This document shows positions 23,682 through 37,429 of a stretch of DNA of 64,000 bases, one piece after another; the stretch's first letter is position 1; each line of letters starts with the position of its first letter. This DNA is from Candidatus Entotheonellaceae bacterium. GTDB lineage: Bacteria; Tectomicrobia; Entotheonellia; Entotheonellales; Entotheonellaceae. A program made the position numbers and the translations under genes. Where the stretch lies: positions 1,696,001 to 1,760,000 of the forward strand of contig OZ250173.1 of NCBI GenBank assembly GCA_965238075.1. Reading direction: 5' to 3'. Under the pieces are notes generated by a model that was not told where the DNA came from, made no database searches, and was given only the letters and a program-made list of their open reading frames with translations.

Positions 23682-24092
23682 TCAGGCGTTCGGTGCGCCG
23701 TCCCGTTCGAGCAGTTGCAACAGCACCCCGTGCGTCGATTTCGGACTAACGAAGGCCAGGCGGTGTCCCGTCGAGCCCTCGGCAACCCTGACCCGCGCAC
23801 CCGTGTCTTGTAGGCGCGCCACGGCCTCGTCCAAGTCCTCGACTTCCAGCGACAAGAGATACATCCCCTCGCCACGCTGCTCGAGAAATTCCGCCACGGG
23901 GCCTGTCGCTGACGCTGGCGTCATCAACTCGATGCGGGCGCCGCCAATCTGCAAAAAGGCATTGTGGATGCCGAGCGACGACACCTCCCCGCCACCCGCT
24001 TTTTCAAGTTCGAAATTGTGCTGATAGGTCGCTACGGCGGCCTCCAAATCCTTCACCACCACCGCCACGTGATCGATGCGCGTCGCTTTCAT
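23682..24092 (-). CDS. VOC family protein, methylmalonyl-CoA epimerase-like
   Basis: IDHVAVVV, FLEQRGEG, PKSTHGVL. Confidence 0.85.
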   Translation of the reverse strand: MKATRIDHVAVVVKDLEAAVATYQHNFELEKAGGGEVSSLGIHNAFLQIGGARIELMTPASATGPVAEFLEQRGEGMYLLSLEVEDLDEAVARLQDTGARVRVAEGSTGHRLAFVSPKSTHGVLLQLLERDGAPNA

Positions 24093-24260
24093 TGCCTCAC
24101 TTTCTCATGCTAAGATGCCCAACCGTTTTGGATATTGCTCACATAGGTTGCGAGGTTGACTTGCCGACGCCTCCGAACGTCCGAGGCACGCCACAAGCCA
24201 TAGTAAATCAATGTTCCATACGGCAAAAGAGCCAACCGCCTTTGCCCGCGGAGACACAGC

Positions 24261-25493
24261 ATGCAGAAAAGCTACCTACAGGAGTTGTTCGCCGAGCGCA
24301 TCGGCGGTAGGAACTACGGCAAAGACACGGCGGTGTACAAGTTTGAAAAAATCCGCCGTGCCCGTGATGCCGCCGTCGAGGCGCGTCCCGACCTGGCGTT
24401 GATCGACATGGGCGTTGGCGAGCCGGACGGCATGGCCTATCCGGGCGTCGTGAACGCGCTGAGCGAGCAGGCAGCGATGCCCGAAAACCGCGGCTATTCC
24501 GACAACGGCCTGCCGGAGTTCAAGGAGGCCGTCGCGCAGTACATGGCGCGCGTGTACGGCGTGGACCTTGACCCGGCTAGCGAGATCACCCACGCCGTCG
24601 GCGCCAAGAACGCCCTGGCTTTTCTGCCAACGTGCTTCATTAACCCGGGCGACGCCGTCATCACGACCGTTCCGGGCTATCCGGTCCTCGGCACCCACTG
24701 CCGCTGGTACGGCGGCGACGTCTATACCCTGCCGCTGTTGGAAGAGAACGCCTACCTGCCCGACCTCAGCAGCCTCACCGACGAGCAATTGGCAAAGGCC
24801 AAAATCCTGCTGTTCAACTACCCGAACAACCCGACCGGCGCCGTGGCCACACCCGAGTTCTTCGAAGAAGTCGTGGCCTTCGCCAAGCAGCACAAGCTGC
24901 TGGTGGTGCAAGACGCCGCCTACGCCGCCTTGGTGTTCGAGGGCCAGCCCCTGAGTTTTCTTTCCATCCCGGGCGCGAAGGAGGTCGGGGTGGAAATCCA
25001 CAGCATGTCCAAGGCATTCAACATGACGGGATGGCGTCTGGCTTGGATTTGCGGCAACGAATTGGCGGTGCGCGCGTTCGCCGATACCAAGGACAATTTC
25101 GACTCCGGCCAGTTCAAGGCCATTCAGATGGCGTCCACGTACGCCTTGCAGCATCCCGAAATCACCGAGGAAATCGCCAACAAGTACAACCGCCGCCTGG
25201 CGATGCTGGCAGATGCCCTCAGCACTATGGGCTTCGAGGCGAAAAAGCCGGCAGCCTCTTTCTTCCTATACGTGCGGGCGCCTCGGGGCGTCGCGGGCGG
25301 CCAGCGGTTCGACACCGGGGAGGATTTCTCGCAGTTTCTCATCCGCGAGAAGCTGATCTGTGCCGTGCCGTGGGACGACGCCGGGCCGTATATTCGGTTC
25401 TCGGTGACATTCCAGGCCGCTTCGCTGGAGGAAGAGAAGGACATCGTGCGTGAGATCGGGGCGCGCCTGTCGGACGTGCCGTTCGAGTTTTAG
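24261..25493 (+). CDS. dapL: LL-diaminopimelate aminotransferase
   Basis: YKFEKI, NYPNNPTGA, SKAFNMTGWR, DSGQF. Confidence 0.88.
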   Translation: MQKSYLQELFAERIGGRNYGKDTAVYKFEKIRRARDAAVEARPDLALIDMGVGEPDGMAYPGVVNALSEQAAMPENRGYSDNGLPEFKEAVAQYMARVYGVDLDPASEITHAVGAKNALAFLPTCFINPGDAVITTVPGYPVLGTHCRWYGGDVYTLPLLEENAYLPDLSSLTDEQLAKAKILLFNYPNNPTGAVATPEFFEEVVAFAKQHKLLVVQDAAYAALVFEGQPLSFLSIPGAKEVGVEIHSMSKAFNMTGWRLAWICGNELAVRAFADTKDNFDSGQFKAIQMASTYALQHPEITEEIANKYNRRLAMLADALSTMGFEAKKPAASFFLYVRAPRGVAGGQRFDTGEDFSQFLIREKLICAVPWDDAGPYIRFSVTFQAASLEEEKDIVREIGARLSDVPFEF

Positions 25494-25494
25494 C

Positions 25495-26094
25495 ATGGAA
25501 ACCATTCAGCGCGTCATGCTGGGCTCGCGGAACAATGCCAAAATCCGCGGCGTACAAGCCGCCTTCAACGGCTTGCAGGCGGCGGTTCAAGGCCCCGACC
25601 TGCGATCGTCAGAGACCTGGACCTGCCAGGTTGAAACCGGTGTCAATGAGGAACCTTGGGGGTTCCCCGCCACCATACAAGGCTCCCAAAACCGGGCACG
25701 CGCCGCGTTTGAACACCTCGAAACGGAAGACGTGCAGGCCGGACACGTCGCGCTCGGCATCGGCGTCGAGAGCGGATTCATCGAGGTAACCCCCACCGCC
25801 TTCACGCTATATAATTTTGACGTCTGCTGCCTGTTTGACGGCAGCTACGACTACTTCGGCATCTCACCCGGCTTTGAATACCCCCGCCGCCTGGTGCGAG
25901 ACATCTTCTTGCACCGGCAACCCTTCCAAGCCGCCCGCCAGTACATCACCACCAGCCCCGACATCGAGCAGCAAGGCGGTATCGTCGGCGTCCTGGCCGC
26001 CGGCCATATCGACCGCCCGGAAATGGCACGCCTAGCATCCCACATGGCGCTCATCCGCTACCTGCAGCGCCACGATTACGAGAGGTGGGGTTAG
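25495..26094 (+). CDS. Inosine/xanthosine triphosphatase (DUF84/YjjX-like)
   Basis: GS.N..K, GV..EP, NRA, GIGVESG, GIVG. Confidence 0.8.
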   Translation: METIQRVMLGSRNNAKIRGVQAAFNGLQAAVQGPDLRSSETWTCQVETGVNEEPWGFPATIQGSQNRARAAFEHLETEDVQAGHVALGIGVESGFIEVTPTAFTLYNFDVCCLFDGSYDYFGISPGFEYPRRLVRDIFLHRQPFQAARQYITTSPDIEQQGGIVGVLAAGHIDRPEMARLASHMALIRYLQRHDYERWG

Positions 26095-26225
26095 AACACG
26101 GGTTGGCAATCATGGCCGCTTGCGCCGCGGCCAAGTCCAAGGGCGAAAAGATTCGGAGCCACACAGGGGTGAAAAGGACAAATTCGTTTTCGATAATTTG
26201 CATTTCAGATGCATAATTTCTACTT

Positions 26226-27448
26226 ATGGATTCACAATATATCAGTCGCTCACTGGAGCCGGTACTAAGAAAGGCGGCCTCGGAGTTTCCGGCCGTGGTC
26301 CTGACCGGGCCGCGTCAGTCGGGCAAGACGACCCTGCTACGGCGTCTCTTCGAAAGGCACTGCCGGCACGTATCGCTGGAGCCGCCGGACGTTCGCGCGG
26401 CCGCCGCGGAAGACCCGCGCGGCTTTCTGGAGCTATACCCCGCACCGGTCATCTTCGATGAGGTGCACTACGCCCCCGATCTACTTGCCTATGTCAAGGA
26501 GAAGATCGACGCGAACCGCGCCAGGAACGGCCAGTATCTGCTGACTAGTTCGCAGAATTTGTTACTCGCCGAGAAGGTGACCGAGTCATTGGTGAACCGG
26601 GCGGCCATGCTACGCGTGTTGCCGCTGTCGAGGCGGGAAGCGGAAGGACGGCCTCGACTTGACCTTGCGCGGGAGCGCAAGCGCCCATCGTCTTGGCGAT
26701 CGCCGCAGGCCTTTGGCGGCCTGTGGGAAAGCTTCCTGAGAGGGGGTATCCCGAACTCGCGGTACAACCCCAGCGAGATGCCTCCCTTTGGCATGCCAGC
26801 TACATCCAAACCTATCTTGAACGGGACGTACGCGCGCTGCGGCAAGTCGGGGACCTGACACAGTATCAGAATTTCCTCCGCGTGTTGGCGGCCCGAAGCG
26901 CGCAGTTCGTGAACCTGACCGACGTCGCCCGGGACCTTGGCGTAGCGGTCAACACGGTCAAGGCTTGGCTCTCCGTGCTTGAGGCCACCTATCAGGTGAT
27001 CGTGCTGCGTCCCTACTTCGCCAACGTCGGCAAACGACTCGTCAAGACCCCAGAGGTGTATTTCACCGATGTCGGCACGCTCTGCTATCTGGCGGGTCTC
27101 AAGGACCCCGAACATGCCGCGTCAGGCCCGATGGGCGGCGCCATCATGGAAACAGCGGTGCTCTCGGAAATCGTCAAGACGTTGACCCATCGGGGGATCG
27201 ACCCGCACCTCTATTTCTGGCGAACCCAGGCCGGAACGAAGGTGGACTTCGTAGTCGATACCGGCGCAGGGCTCGTTCCCATCGAGGTCAAGCTGTCGGC
27301 CACCCCGCGACCCGCCATGGCCGCCGCCATCAGGACATTCCAGCGCGACCTGGGAAGGACCGCGATGCCCGGTTACGTCGTTCATCCTGGCGATATACGG
27401 CTGCCCTTAGGCCCTGGCGTTACCGCGCTGCCTTTCTCCGAGCTTTAA
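26226..27448 (+). pseudogene. AAA_14 ATPase with DUF4143, frameshifted near 26742-26746
   Basis: GPRQSGKT, FDEV, G(G)YPE split across frames at a G run, YLERDV, KRLVKTP..YF.D.G. Confidence 0.85.
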
Positions 27449-27700
27449 ACCGCGCTCCCAATGGGATAGGTACTGAATGCGTTGTAACGGGGTCGATTGA
27501 TTCCCACTGCGCGATGGATACAGGCGTCGAGGAGACAAATCGCGCCCGTATTCGGTGGCGAAGACAACGACCTTTGGGACCATGACACAGAAGGTCGTAG
27601 TAGAGGCGGTTTCATAACTATCTGATAGCTGTCGCAAGTAAATGAGTTAGTGATGTTACGCACTGTTTGAGTCATTGGGTCAAGAAGTGGATGAGAGACT

Positions 27701-28150
27701 ATGAACAGAGAATTCGTAGACCTCTTCAGCGATTACCTCTTGAGTTCCCCCGTTCAAGCCGGGGGCAGGCTCTTTGGCGCAACCACCGCAACGGGTCTCT
27801 CAGACCTGCTCGAAGGTTCCCTCAGCCATGACCCGATAACCCGCTTCCTATCCCAACAACGCTTTGGCTCCAAAACCCTCTGGCAACTCGTCAAACCCAT
27901 GGTGCGCGCCATCGAAGACGACGCGGGCGTCCTTATCTTCGACGACACCATTGAGGAAAAGCCCTATACGGACGAAAACGAACTCATCTCCTGGCACTTC
28001 GACCACAGCAAGAACCGCACCGTCTAAGGCATCAATCTGCCTAACTGTGTCTATCACGCCCAAGGCACCACCCTGCCCGTGGCCTACGAACTCATCGGTA
28101 AACCCATCGTCTACCGCGATGCGAAAACGGGCCGCTTGAAGCGCGAGAGC
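27701..28150 (+). mobile_element. IS701-like transposase N-terminal fragment with in-frame stop at 28025
   Basis: SHD.ITRFL, VLIFDDTIEEKPYTDEN motifs. Confidence 0.75.
27749..27772 (+). repeat. Family A 24-nt element
   Basis: CCCGTTCAAGCCGGGGGCAGGCTC; adds PVQAGGRL. Confidence 0.85.
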
Positions 28151-28158
28151 ACCTGTTC

Positions 28159-28365
28159 CAAGGCCGTTGGCGCAGTTACAGCTGCGAAGAACTGACGGCC
28201 CGCGACAAGACCAGCCTCGACATATTCTGGCTCAAGGACAAGAGCCTGACGGACCTGGACAACCTGCCCGGGCCCGACGACCTTGCCGAAGAGATCATCG
28301 AAAACTTGGAAGCTGGCCTCAACAGCTTCCGCGAAGTGCTCGCCGATTTGCAGCAGGCAGGGTAG
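28159..28365 (+). pseudogene. C-terminal remnant of type I R-M methyltransferase (HsdM)
   Basis: Manual translation GRWRSYSCEELTARDKTSLDIFWLKDKSLTDLDNLPGPDDLAEEIIENLEAGL; no start codon. Confidence 0.75.
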
Positions 28366-28830
28366 TTGAACGAGCGGTCGGAGCAGGGCAAGGCAGCCAT
28401 CTGAAAATACAATTTCCGCCCCCCTGCTATTGTCCTTAAGCGGGTATGGCACCAGAACGGGGAGCCGCCCGCTGTAAAGGGAAAAATCATCGCGATGGCG
28501 TCTCCGTAGTCCGGCTGAAAAACGCTATGTTGCCGCATTTAGCCCGGCAGCAGCATTCGCTCGAAACCCACGAATATATGTACCCGCTCAGAATTCAAAA
28601 GAACCCAATGAGGGAGGCTTCGTGCATATGATCCCGTTACGATTGTTGCTGTGCTTCCTTGCCCTGGTCTTACTGACCTCGGCTCGCCATGACGAACCGG
28701 GGCCGAGGCACTGCTGGTACCGGGCTCGGTCTACGAATGGCCCCGGCCAGGCGAGCACCCCGACCATTGCGCCGTATCGGCGGATTTCCTGTTGTTGGGA
28801 AGGTGATCGTCTGGGCATGTGCGGGAGCCT

Positions 28831-28864
28831 CCCTCTTCCTGGCCCTGCCCCGCCAGGGGGGAGG
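28831..28864 (+). repeat. Family B palindrome, degenerate intergenic copy
   Basis: CCCTCTTCCTGGCCCTGCCCCGCCAGGGGGGAGG. Confidence 0.55.
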
Positions 28865-28989
28865 ACAAGGTCCTGGCGGGACTTGAAGCAGCTACCAAGA
28901 GTGTCTATCATGGCTGCTGTTTGTATCACGAAAAAGGGGACGGAAATCAGGGGCTTGGGTTCTGGAACCACATTCGGGAAACGCGCACG

Positions 28990-30018
28990 ATGAACAGCCA
29001 AATGCACAAGCCGACCGGGGGCGACATCAGCGGCAGGCTGCGGATTCTTCTGGCCGCGGCCGTTTGCGCGATGATGCTTCTGGGCTCGCCGGCTGGTTGG
29101 GCGCAGGAGGCGCAGACGCTGGACGGCATCGCGGCGGTGGTGAACGAGGAAATCATCACCATCGGCGAAGTGCGCGAGGCGATGGCCTTCGAGGTGACGC
29201 AACTGGCCCGGACCTATCGCGGCGAGCGGTTGCAGAAGCAGCTTTCCGCCACGTACAAGCAGACGCTGAACAACCTCATGGACATCCAATTGCAGCTTGC
29301 CCGGGCGCGGCAGTTGCAAATGAGCGTCAGTGACGGCGAGATTGACCGGCAAGTCGATGCGCTGAAGGAACAGAACCAGATTTCCGACGACCAGTTGGTG
29401 CAGATGTTGAAAAGCCGCGGCATGACCCTGGAGACCTACCGGCAGCAGATCCGCGAGGGTCTGCTGGTCACCAAGGTCGTCAACGCCGAGGTGCGGTCGC
29501 GCCTCATCATCCTCGACAGCGAGTTGCAGGAAGCTTACGAGGCGCGGCAGGAAAGCTACCGCATCGCCGGCACCCAGACGGTGAGTCACGTCCTATTTCT
29601 ACTGCCGGAGCGCGCCTCGGATGACGACGTGGCGCAGCGGCGCGCCGAAGCCGAGCGCGTGTTGCAGGAAATCCGAGACGGTGGCGATTTTGCGGCTCTG
29701 GCGCGTCAGCACTCCGAAGGGCCGTCGGCGGAACGCGGCGGCTTGCTGGGTACCTTCCAGGCCAACGAACTGCTGCCGGGCTTCGATGAGGCAACGGCCG
29801 GCCTGCTGCCCGGCGAAGTCAGCGACGTGGTACGCACCCGGGTGGGCCTGCACGTCATTCGCCTCGAAGACCGGCAGGCCGATAGCTTCAAGTCATTCGA
29901 CGACGTCAAAGAGGAACTCAAGAACCAACTGCGGCGCGAGAAGACCGAGGCCAAATACCAGGAATGGCTTGAGGCCCTGCGGCTACAGGCGTACGTCAAG
30001 ATCCTGTATGAGGATTAG
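28990..30018 (+). CDS. SurA-family peptidyl-prolyl isomerase
   Basis: Signal peptide, IAAVVNEEIIT, HVLF, FAALARQHSEGPSAERGG.LG rotamase. Confidence 0.9.
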   Translation: MNSQMHKPTGGDISGRLRILLAAAVCAMMLLGSPAGWAQEAQTLDGIAAVVNEEIITIGEVREAMAFEVTQLARTYRGERLQKQLSATYKQTLNNLMDIQLQLARARQLQMSVSDGEIDRQVDALKEQNQISDDQLVQMLKSRGMTLETYRQQIREGLLVTKVVNAEVRSRLIILDSELQEAYEARQESYRIAGTQTVSHVLFLLPERASDDDVAQRRAEAERVLQEIRDGGDFAALARQHSEGPSAERGGLLGTFQANELLPGFDEATAGLLPGEVSDVVRTRVGLHVIRLEDRQADSFKSFDDVKEELKNQLRREKTEAKYQEWLEALRLQAYVKILYED

Positions 30019-30025
30019 CGCCCGT

Positions 30026-30048
30026 GCCCCTTGAGGGCTCTTTTTTTT
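30026..30048 (+). terminator. Possible intrinsic terminator/attenuator between surA and pyrR
   Basis: GCCC-CTTGA-GGGC followed by TC and T8. Confidence 0.5.
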
Positions 30049-30079
30049 GCCCGCTGCCCAACACTGACGGAGGTTGCAG

Positions 30080-30631
30080 GTGGGAAGACGTACAAAGCTT
30101 GCTGGCAACAGGCAGGTGCTGGACGCCGCGAGCATCGAGCAGGCGCTGTGGCGCATCGGCCGCGAGATCGGCGCGCGTAACACCCCGGCGACACGCCTCG
30201 TGCTCATCGGCATTCGCACCCGCGGCGTGCCGCTGGCCATTCGGCTGGGCACCCTCATCAAGAACGATACCGGCACGGACATACCCGTCGGGACCATCGA
30301 CATCACGCTTTACCGTGACGACCTCAAGGCTCGCCAAGGCCGACCGGTGCAGGCGACACACATTCCCTGCCCGCTCGACGCCCGGCACGTGGTGCTGGTG
30401 GATGACGTGCTGTACACCGGGCGCACCATTCGGGCGGCCATGGACGCACTCACCGATTTCGGGCGCCCGTTGTCGATCCAATTGGCGGTGCTGGTCGACC
30501 GCGGCCACCGCGAGTTCCCCATTCAGGCCGATTACGTCGGCGCCAGCCTGGAAACCGCGCACGATGAGCAGGTGCGCGTGCAGGTAAGTGAAATCGACGG
30601 CCAGGACGCCGTTAGCCTCAAAGCTTGCTAG
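30080..30631 (+). CDS. pyrR: Pyrimidine operon regulator / UPRTase
   Basis: DITLYRDD, VDDVLYTGRTIRAA, DRGHRE.PI.ADYVG. Confidence 0.95.
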   Translation: MGRRTKLAGNRQVLDAASIEQALWRIGREIGARNTPATRLVLIGIRTRGVPLAIRLGTLIKNDTGTDIPVGTIDITLYRDDLKARQGRPVQATHIPCPLDARHVVLVDDVLYTGRTIRAAMDALTDFGRPLSIQLAVLVDRGHREFPIQADYVGASLETAHDEQVRVQVSEIDGQDAVSLKAC

Positions 30632-30737
30632 CCAGAGGCGGCCCCGCCACAGCGAGCGCAGCCGAGCGTATAGACTAAACCCAAGCGAGCGCAGCGAGTC
30701 CTGGCTTGATGCAACCGTTCAGGAAAGACGCAACGTC

Positions 30738-31667
30738 ATGAGTTCGATCAGCTTCCGTGGCCGCGACCTCCTGGACGTTGAAACCCTCTCCGCCGAGGAC
30801 ATTCAACACATTCTGGACGCCGTTCCCTCCTTCAAGGAAGTTTCCGCGCGCGACATCAAGAAAGTCCCGACCCTGCGCGGCAAGACTGTCATCAACCTGT
30901 TCTTCGAACCCAGCACGCGGACGCGCACCTCGTTTGAAATCGCCGGCAAGCGCCTCAGCGCCGACGTGGTGAACATCTCCGTGGCGACCAGCAGCTTCAG
31001 CAAGGGCGAAAGCCTGCGAGACATGGCCGACAACCTTGCGGCGATGCAGGCCGACGTGCTGATCGTGCGCCACCACGTCGCCGGGGTGCCGCATTTCCTG
31101 GCGCGCTCCGTGCCGCAGCCGGTCATCAATGCCGGCGACGGCGCCCACGAGCACCCCACCCAGGCACTGCTGGACGTCTTTACGCTGCAGGAAAAATGGG
31201 GTTCGCTGCAGGGCCGAAGCGCCTTGATCGTCGGGGATATCGCCAGCAGCCGCGTGGCACGCTCGAACGTGCTGGCCATGCGGAAACTCGGCATGCAGGT
31301 CTGCGTCTGCGGCCCGCCTACCATGTTGCCGGTGGGTCTCGATCAGCTCGGCGTCGAGTCCACCAGCGACTTCGACGCGGCCATCCAGTCCACCGACGCC
31401 GTCATGATGCTGCGCATGCAGCGTGAGCGCCACAAGGACGTGCTGTTCCCGTCGCTGGCGGAATACGCCGAGCGCTACTGCCTCACCGGCGAGCGCCTGC
31501 GGCGCGCCAGGGCGGGCGTGGTGGTGATGCACCCGGGCCCCATCAACCGGGGCGTGGAGATCGCCCCCGAGGTGGCAGACGGCTTGGCGTCGGTAATTTT
31601 GCAACAAGTCACCAACGGCGTCGCGGTGCGCATGGCCCTGCTCTACCTGATTCTGGGAGGCGGCTAG
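30738..31667 (+). CDS. pyrB: Aspartate carbamoyltransferase
   Basis: FFEPSTRTR, HEHPTQ, HPGP.NRGVE. Confidence 0.97.
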   Translation: MSSISFRGRDLLDVETLSAEDIQHILDAVPSFKEVSARDIKKVPTLRGKTVINLFFEPSTRTRTSFEIAGKRLSADVVNISVATSSFSKGESLRDMADNLAAMQADVLIVRHHVAGVPHFLARSVPQPVINAGDGAHEHPTQALLDVFTLQEKWGSLQGRSALIVGDIASSRVARSNVLAMRKLGMQVCVCGPPTMLPVGLDQLGVESTSDFDAAIQSTDAVMMLRMQRERHKDVLFPSLAEYAERYCLTGERLRRARAGVVVMHPGPINRGVEIAPEVADGLASVILQQVTNGVAVRMALLYLILGGG

Positions 31668-32998
31668 TGGACTTGCTGATTCGCGGCGGGCGGGTCGTCG
31701 ACCCGGATCAGGGGCTGGATGCCCACCTGGACGTGCGCGTCGCCGAAGGCCGCATTGCCGAGATCGGGCGCGAACTACCGTTCCCCGCCCTCAAGGGGAG
31801 GGGGATGTCGCCTGCAGGCGGGCCGCCGTCCGCGACGCCGCGGGTTGTGGAAGCCGCCGGCTGGATTGTGGCGCCGGGTTTTATCGACATGCACACCCAC
31901 TTCGGCGAGCCGGGCTACGAACACCGCGAAACGATTGCCAGCGGGCTTGCCGCCGCTGCTGCCGGGGGCTTCACCGCGGTGGCAATGATGCCGGATACTC
32001 AACCGGTGCACGATACGCCGACGGTGACCGAATACATCCTGCGGCGCGCCGGCATCGCGTGCGGCACCCGACTCTACCCGGTGGGCGCCATAACCGCAGG
32101 CTTGCAGGGCGAATCGCTGGCCGAAATCGGCGGCATGCACAGGGCCGGCATCGTGGCCCTATCGGATGCCCCCCAATCCGTCGGCAGTGCTCGCCTGATG
32201 CGCCGCGCCATGGAATATGGCCGCATGTTCGACCTGCCGATCCTGTCGCATTGCGAGGATCGAGTACTCGCCGGCAACGGCGTCATGCACGAGGGCGTGG
32301 CGTCCACCGTTCTGGGTCTGCCGGGGGTGCCGGCGGCAGCGGAAAGCATCATCGTGTACCGTGATATCCAATTGGCAACGCTGAGCGGCGCCCATCTGCA
32401 CGTGCAGCACGCGAGCACGGCGGAAACGGTCAGGCTCCTGCGGTACGCCAAGGACCGGGGCTTGAACGTGACGGCGGAGACCTGTCCGCATTACCTGACG
32501 CTGACCGATGAGGCCGTCAAGGGTTACGACACCAACAACAAGGTCAACCCACCGCTGCGCCCGTCGCCGGACGTCGAGGCAGTGCGGGCCGGGCTGCGGG
32601 ACGGCACGATTGACGCCATCGCTTCCGACCACCTGCCGCAGCACGTGGCCGACAAGGAGCAGGATTACCTGGCGGCGGCGGCGGGCATGATCGGCCTGGA
32701 AACCAGTGTCGGCCTGGCCCTGCGGCTGTACCATGACGGCCTGCTTTCCCTGCCGAAACTGGTTGCCGTCTACACGAGTCGCCCGGCCCACATTCTCGGC
32801 CTGCCGCACGGCACGCTGCGAGTCGGTGAGCTGGCCGACATCACCCTGATCGATCCCGAGCACGAGGTCGAAGTTGACGCTGCCGCCTTGCACTCGCGCA
32901 GCCAAAACACCCCGTTTCTGGGTTGGCGGTTGCGCGGTGCGGCGATGGCGACGATTGTCGAGGGGAGGATCATCTTTGAGCGCAAGCAGGGAGTGTGA
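31667..32998 (+). CDS. pyrC: Dihydroorotase (with palindrome-derived N-terminal loop insertion)
   Basis: PGFIDMHTH, KVNPPLR, ASDH. Confidence 0.95.
   Translation: MDLLIRGGRVVDPDQGLDAHLDVRVAEGRIAEIGRELPFPALKGRGMSPAGGPPSATPRVVEAAGWIVAPGFIDMHTHFGEPGYEHRETIASGLAAAAAGGFTAVAMMPDTQPVHDTPTVTEYILRRAGIACGTRLYPVGAITAGLQGESLAEIGGMHRAGIVALSDAPQSVGSARLMRRAMEYGRMFDLPILSHCEDRVLAGNGVMHEGVASTVLGLPGVPAAAESIIVYRDIQLATLSGAHLHVQHASTAETVRLLRYAKDRGLNVTAETCPHYLTLTDEAVKGYDTNNKVNPPLRPSPDVEAVRAGLRDGTIDAIASDHLPQHVADKEQDYLAAAAGMIGLETSVGLALRLYHDGLLSLPKLVAVYTSRPAHILGLPHGTLRVGELADITLIDPEHEVEVDAAALHSRSQNTPFLGWRLRGAAMATIVEGRIIFERKQGV
31782..31805 (+). repeat. Family B palindrome in pyrC
   Basis: TCCCCGCCCTCAAGGGGAGGGGGA. Confidence 0.8.
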
Positions 32999-33004
32999 AA
33001 CGCC

Positions 33005-34093
33005 ATGCGGGCCTTGTTAGTCTTGGCAGACGGAACGGTATTCGAGGGCAAGTCCTTCGGCGCGCCCGGAGAGGTTGCCGGAGAAGTGGTGTTCAACACC
33101 AGCATGACGGGCTACCAGGAAATCCTTACCGACCCGTCATACAAGGGGCAGATCGTCACCATGACGTATCCGCTCATCGGTAACTACGGCGTCAACCAGG
33201 AGGATTTCGAGTCGAGAAAGCCCTGGGCCGAGGGTCTGATTGTGAAGGAATGCAGCCCGGTGGTCAGCAACTGGCGCGCCCAGCAGAGCCTGCCCGACTT
33301 TATGCGCGAACACGACATCATTGGCATTGAGGGCATCGACACGCGCACGCTGACCCGCCGCTTGCGCGACCGCGGAGCCCAAGAGGGCATCATTTCGACC
33401 GTCGAGCTGGACCCTGACGTTTTGGTGGCGAGGGCGCGCGGCGTCCCGTCGATGAGCGGCCGGGATCTGGTAAAGGACGTCACTTGCGAAGCGCCATACG
33501 ACTGGACGGAAGACGCCCCAGCCTCTGCCACGCCGCTTGTCGTCGCCTACGACTACGGCATCAAGCACAACATCCTGCGCTACCTCACCCGCCGCGGCTG
33601 TCGTGTGCATGTGGTGCCGGCCAGCACCTCCGCCGATGCGGTGCTCGATCTGCAGCCGGACGGCGTTTTTCTGTCCAACGGCCCCGGCGACCCGGCAGCC
33701 CTGCCGGCGGCCATCGAACAGGTGCGACGGTTCATCGGCGTCAAACCGATCATGGGCATCTGCCTGGGCCATCAGATTCTCGCGCTCGCCAGCGGCGCCG
33801 AGACCGTTAAGCTGAAATTCGGACACCACGGCGGCAACCAACCGATCCGAGACCTGCACACCGAACGCGTCCTGATCACGGCGGAAAACCACGGTTTCGC
33901 CGTCGATCCGCGCACCCTGCCGGACGTCCTGGAAGTGACTCACATCAACCTGAACGACAACGTCGTCGAAGGCGTCAGGCACCGCGAGCTACCGGTTTTC
34001 TCGGTGCAGTTCCACCCGGAAGCGTCCCCTGGGCCGCACGACGCTGTTGACCTGTTTGAACCGTTTCTCACCAGTATGCGGCAAGGGAGTTGA
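33005..34093 (+). CDS. carA: Carbamoyl-phosphate synthase small subunit
   Basis: [30 protein letters not shown]. Confidence 0.98.
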   Translation: MRALLVLADGTVFEGKSFGAPGEVAGEVVFNTSMTGYQEILTDPSYKGQIVTMTYPLIGNYGVNQEDFESRKPWAEGLIVKECSPVVSNWRAQQSLPDFMREHDIIGIEGIDTRTLTRRLRDRGAQEGIISTVELDPDVLVARARGVPSMSGRDLVKDVTCEAPYDWTEDAPASATPLVVAYDYGIKHNILRYLTRRGCRVHVVPASTSADAVLDLQPDGVFLSNGPGDPAALPAAIEQVRRFIGVKPIMGICLGHQILALASGAETVKLKFGHHGGNQPIRDLHTERVLITAENHGFAVDPRTLPDVLEVTHINLNDNVVEGVRHRELPVFSVQFHPEASPGPHDAVDLFEPFLTSMRQGS

Positions 34094-34094
34094 A

Positions 34095-37418
<3,324 letters not shown>

Positions 37419-37429
37419 AAGGGGCCGCC

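Noticed and set aside
28622-28993. 123-aa ORF with a signal-peptide-like start
   Set aside because: Degenerates into low-complexity repeat-containing sequence; at best a gene remnant
33285-33300. AGAGCCTGCCC in carA matching the family A tail
   Set aside because: No adjoining hairpin and no apparent insertion in the protein
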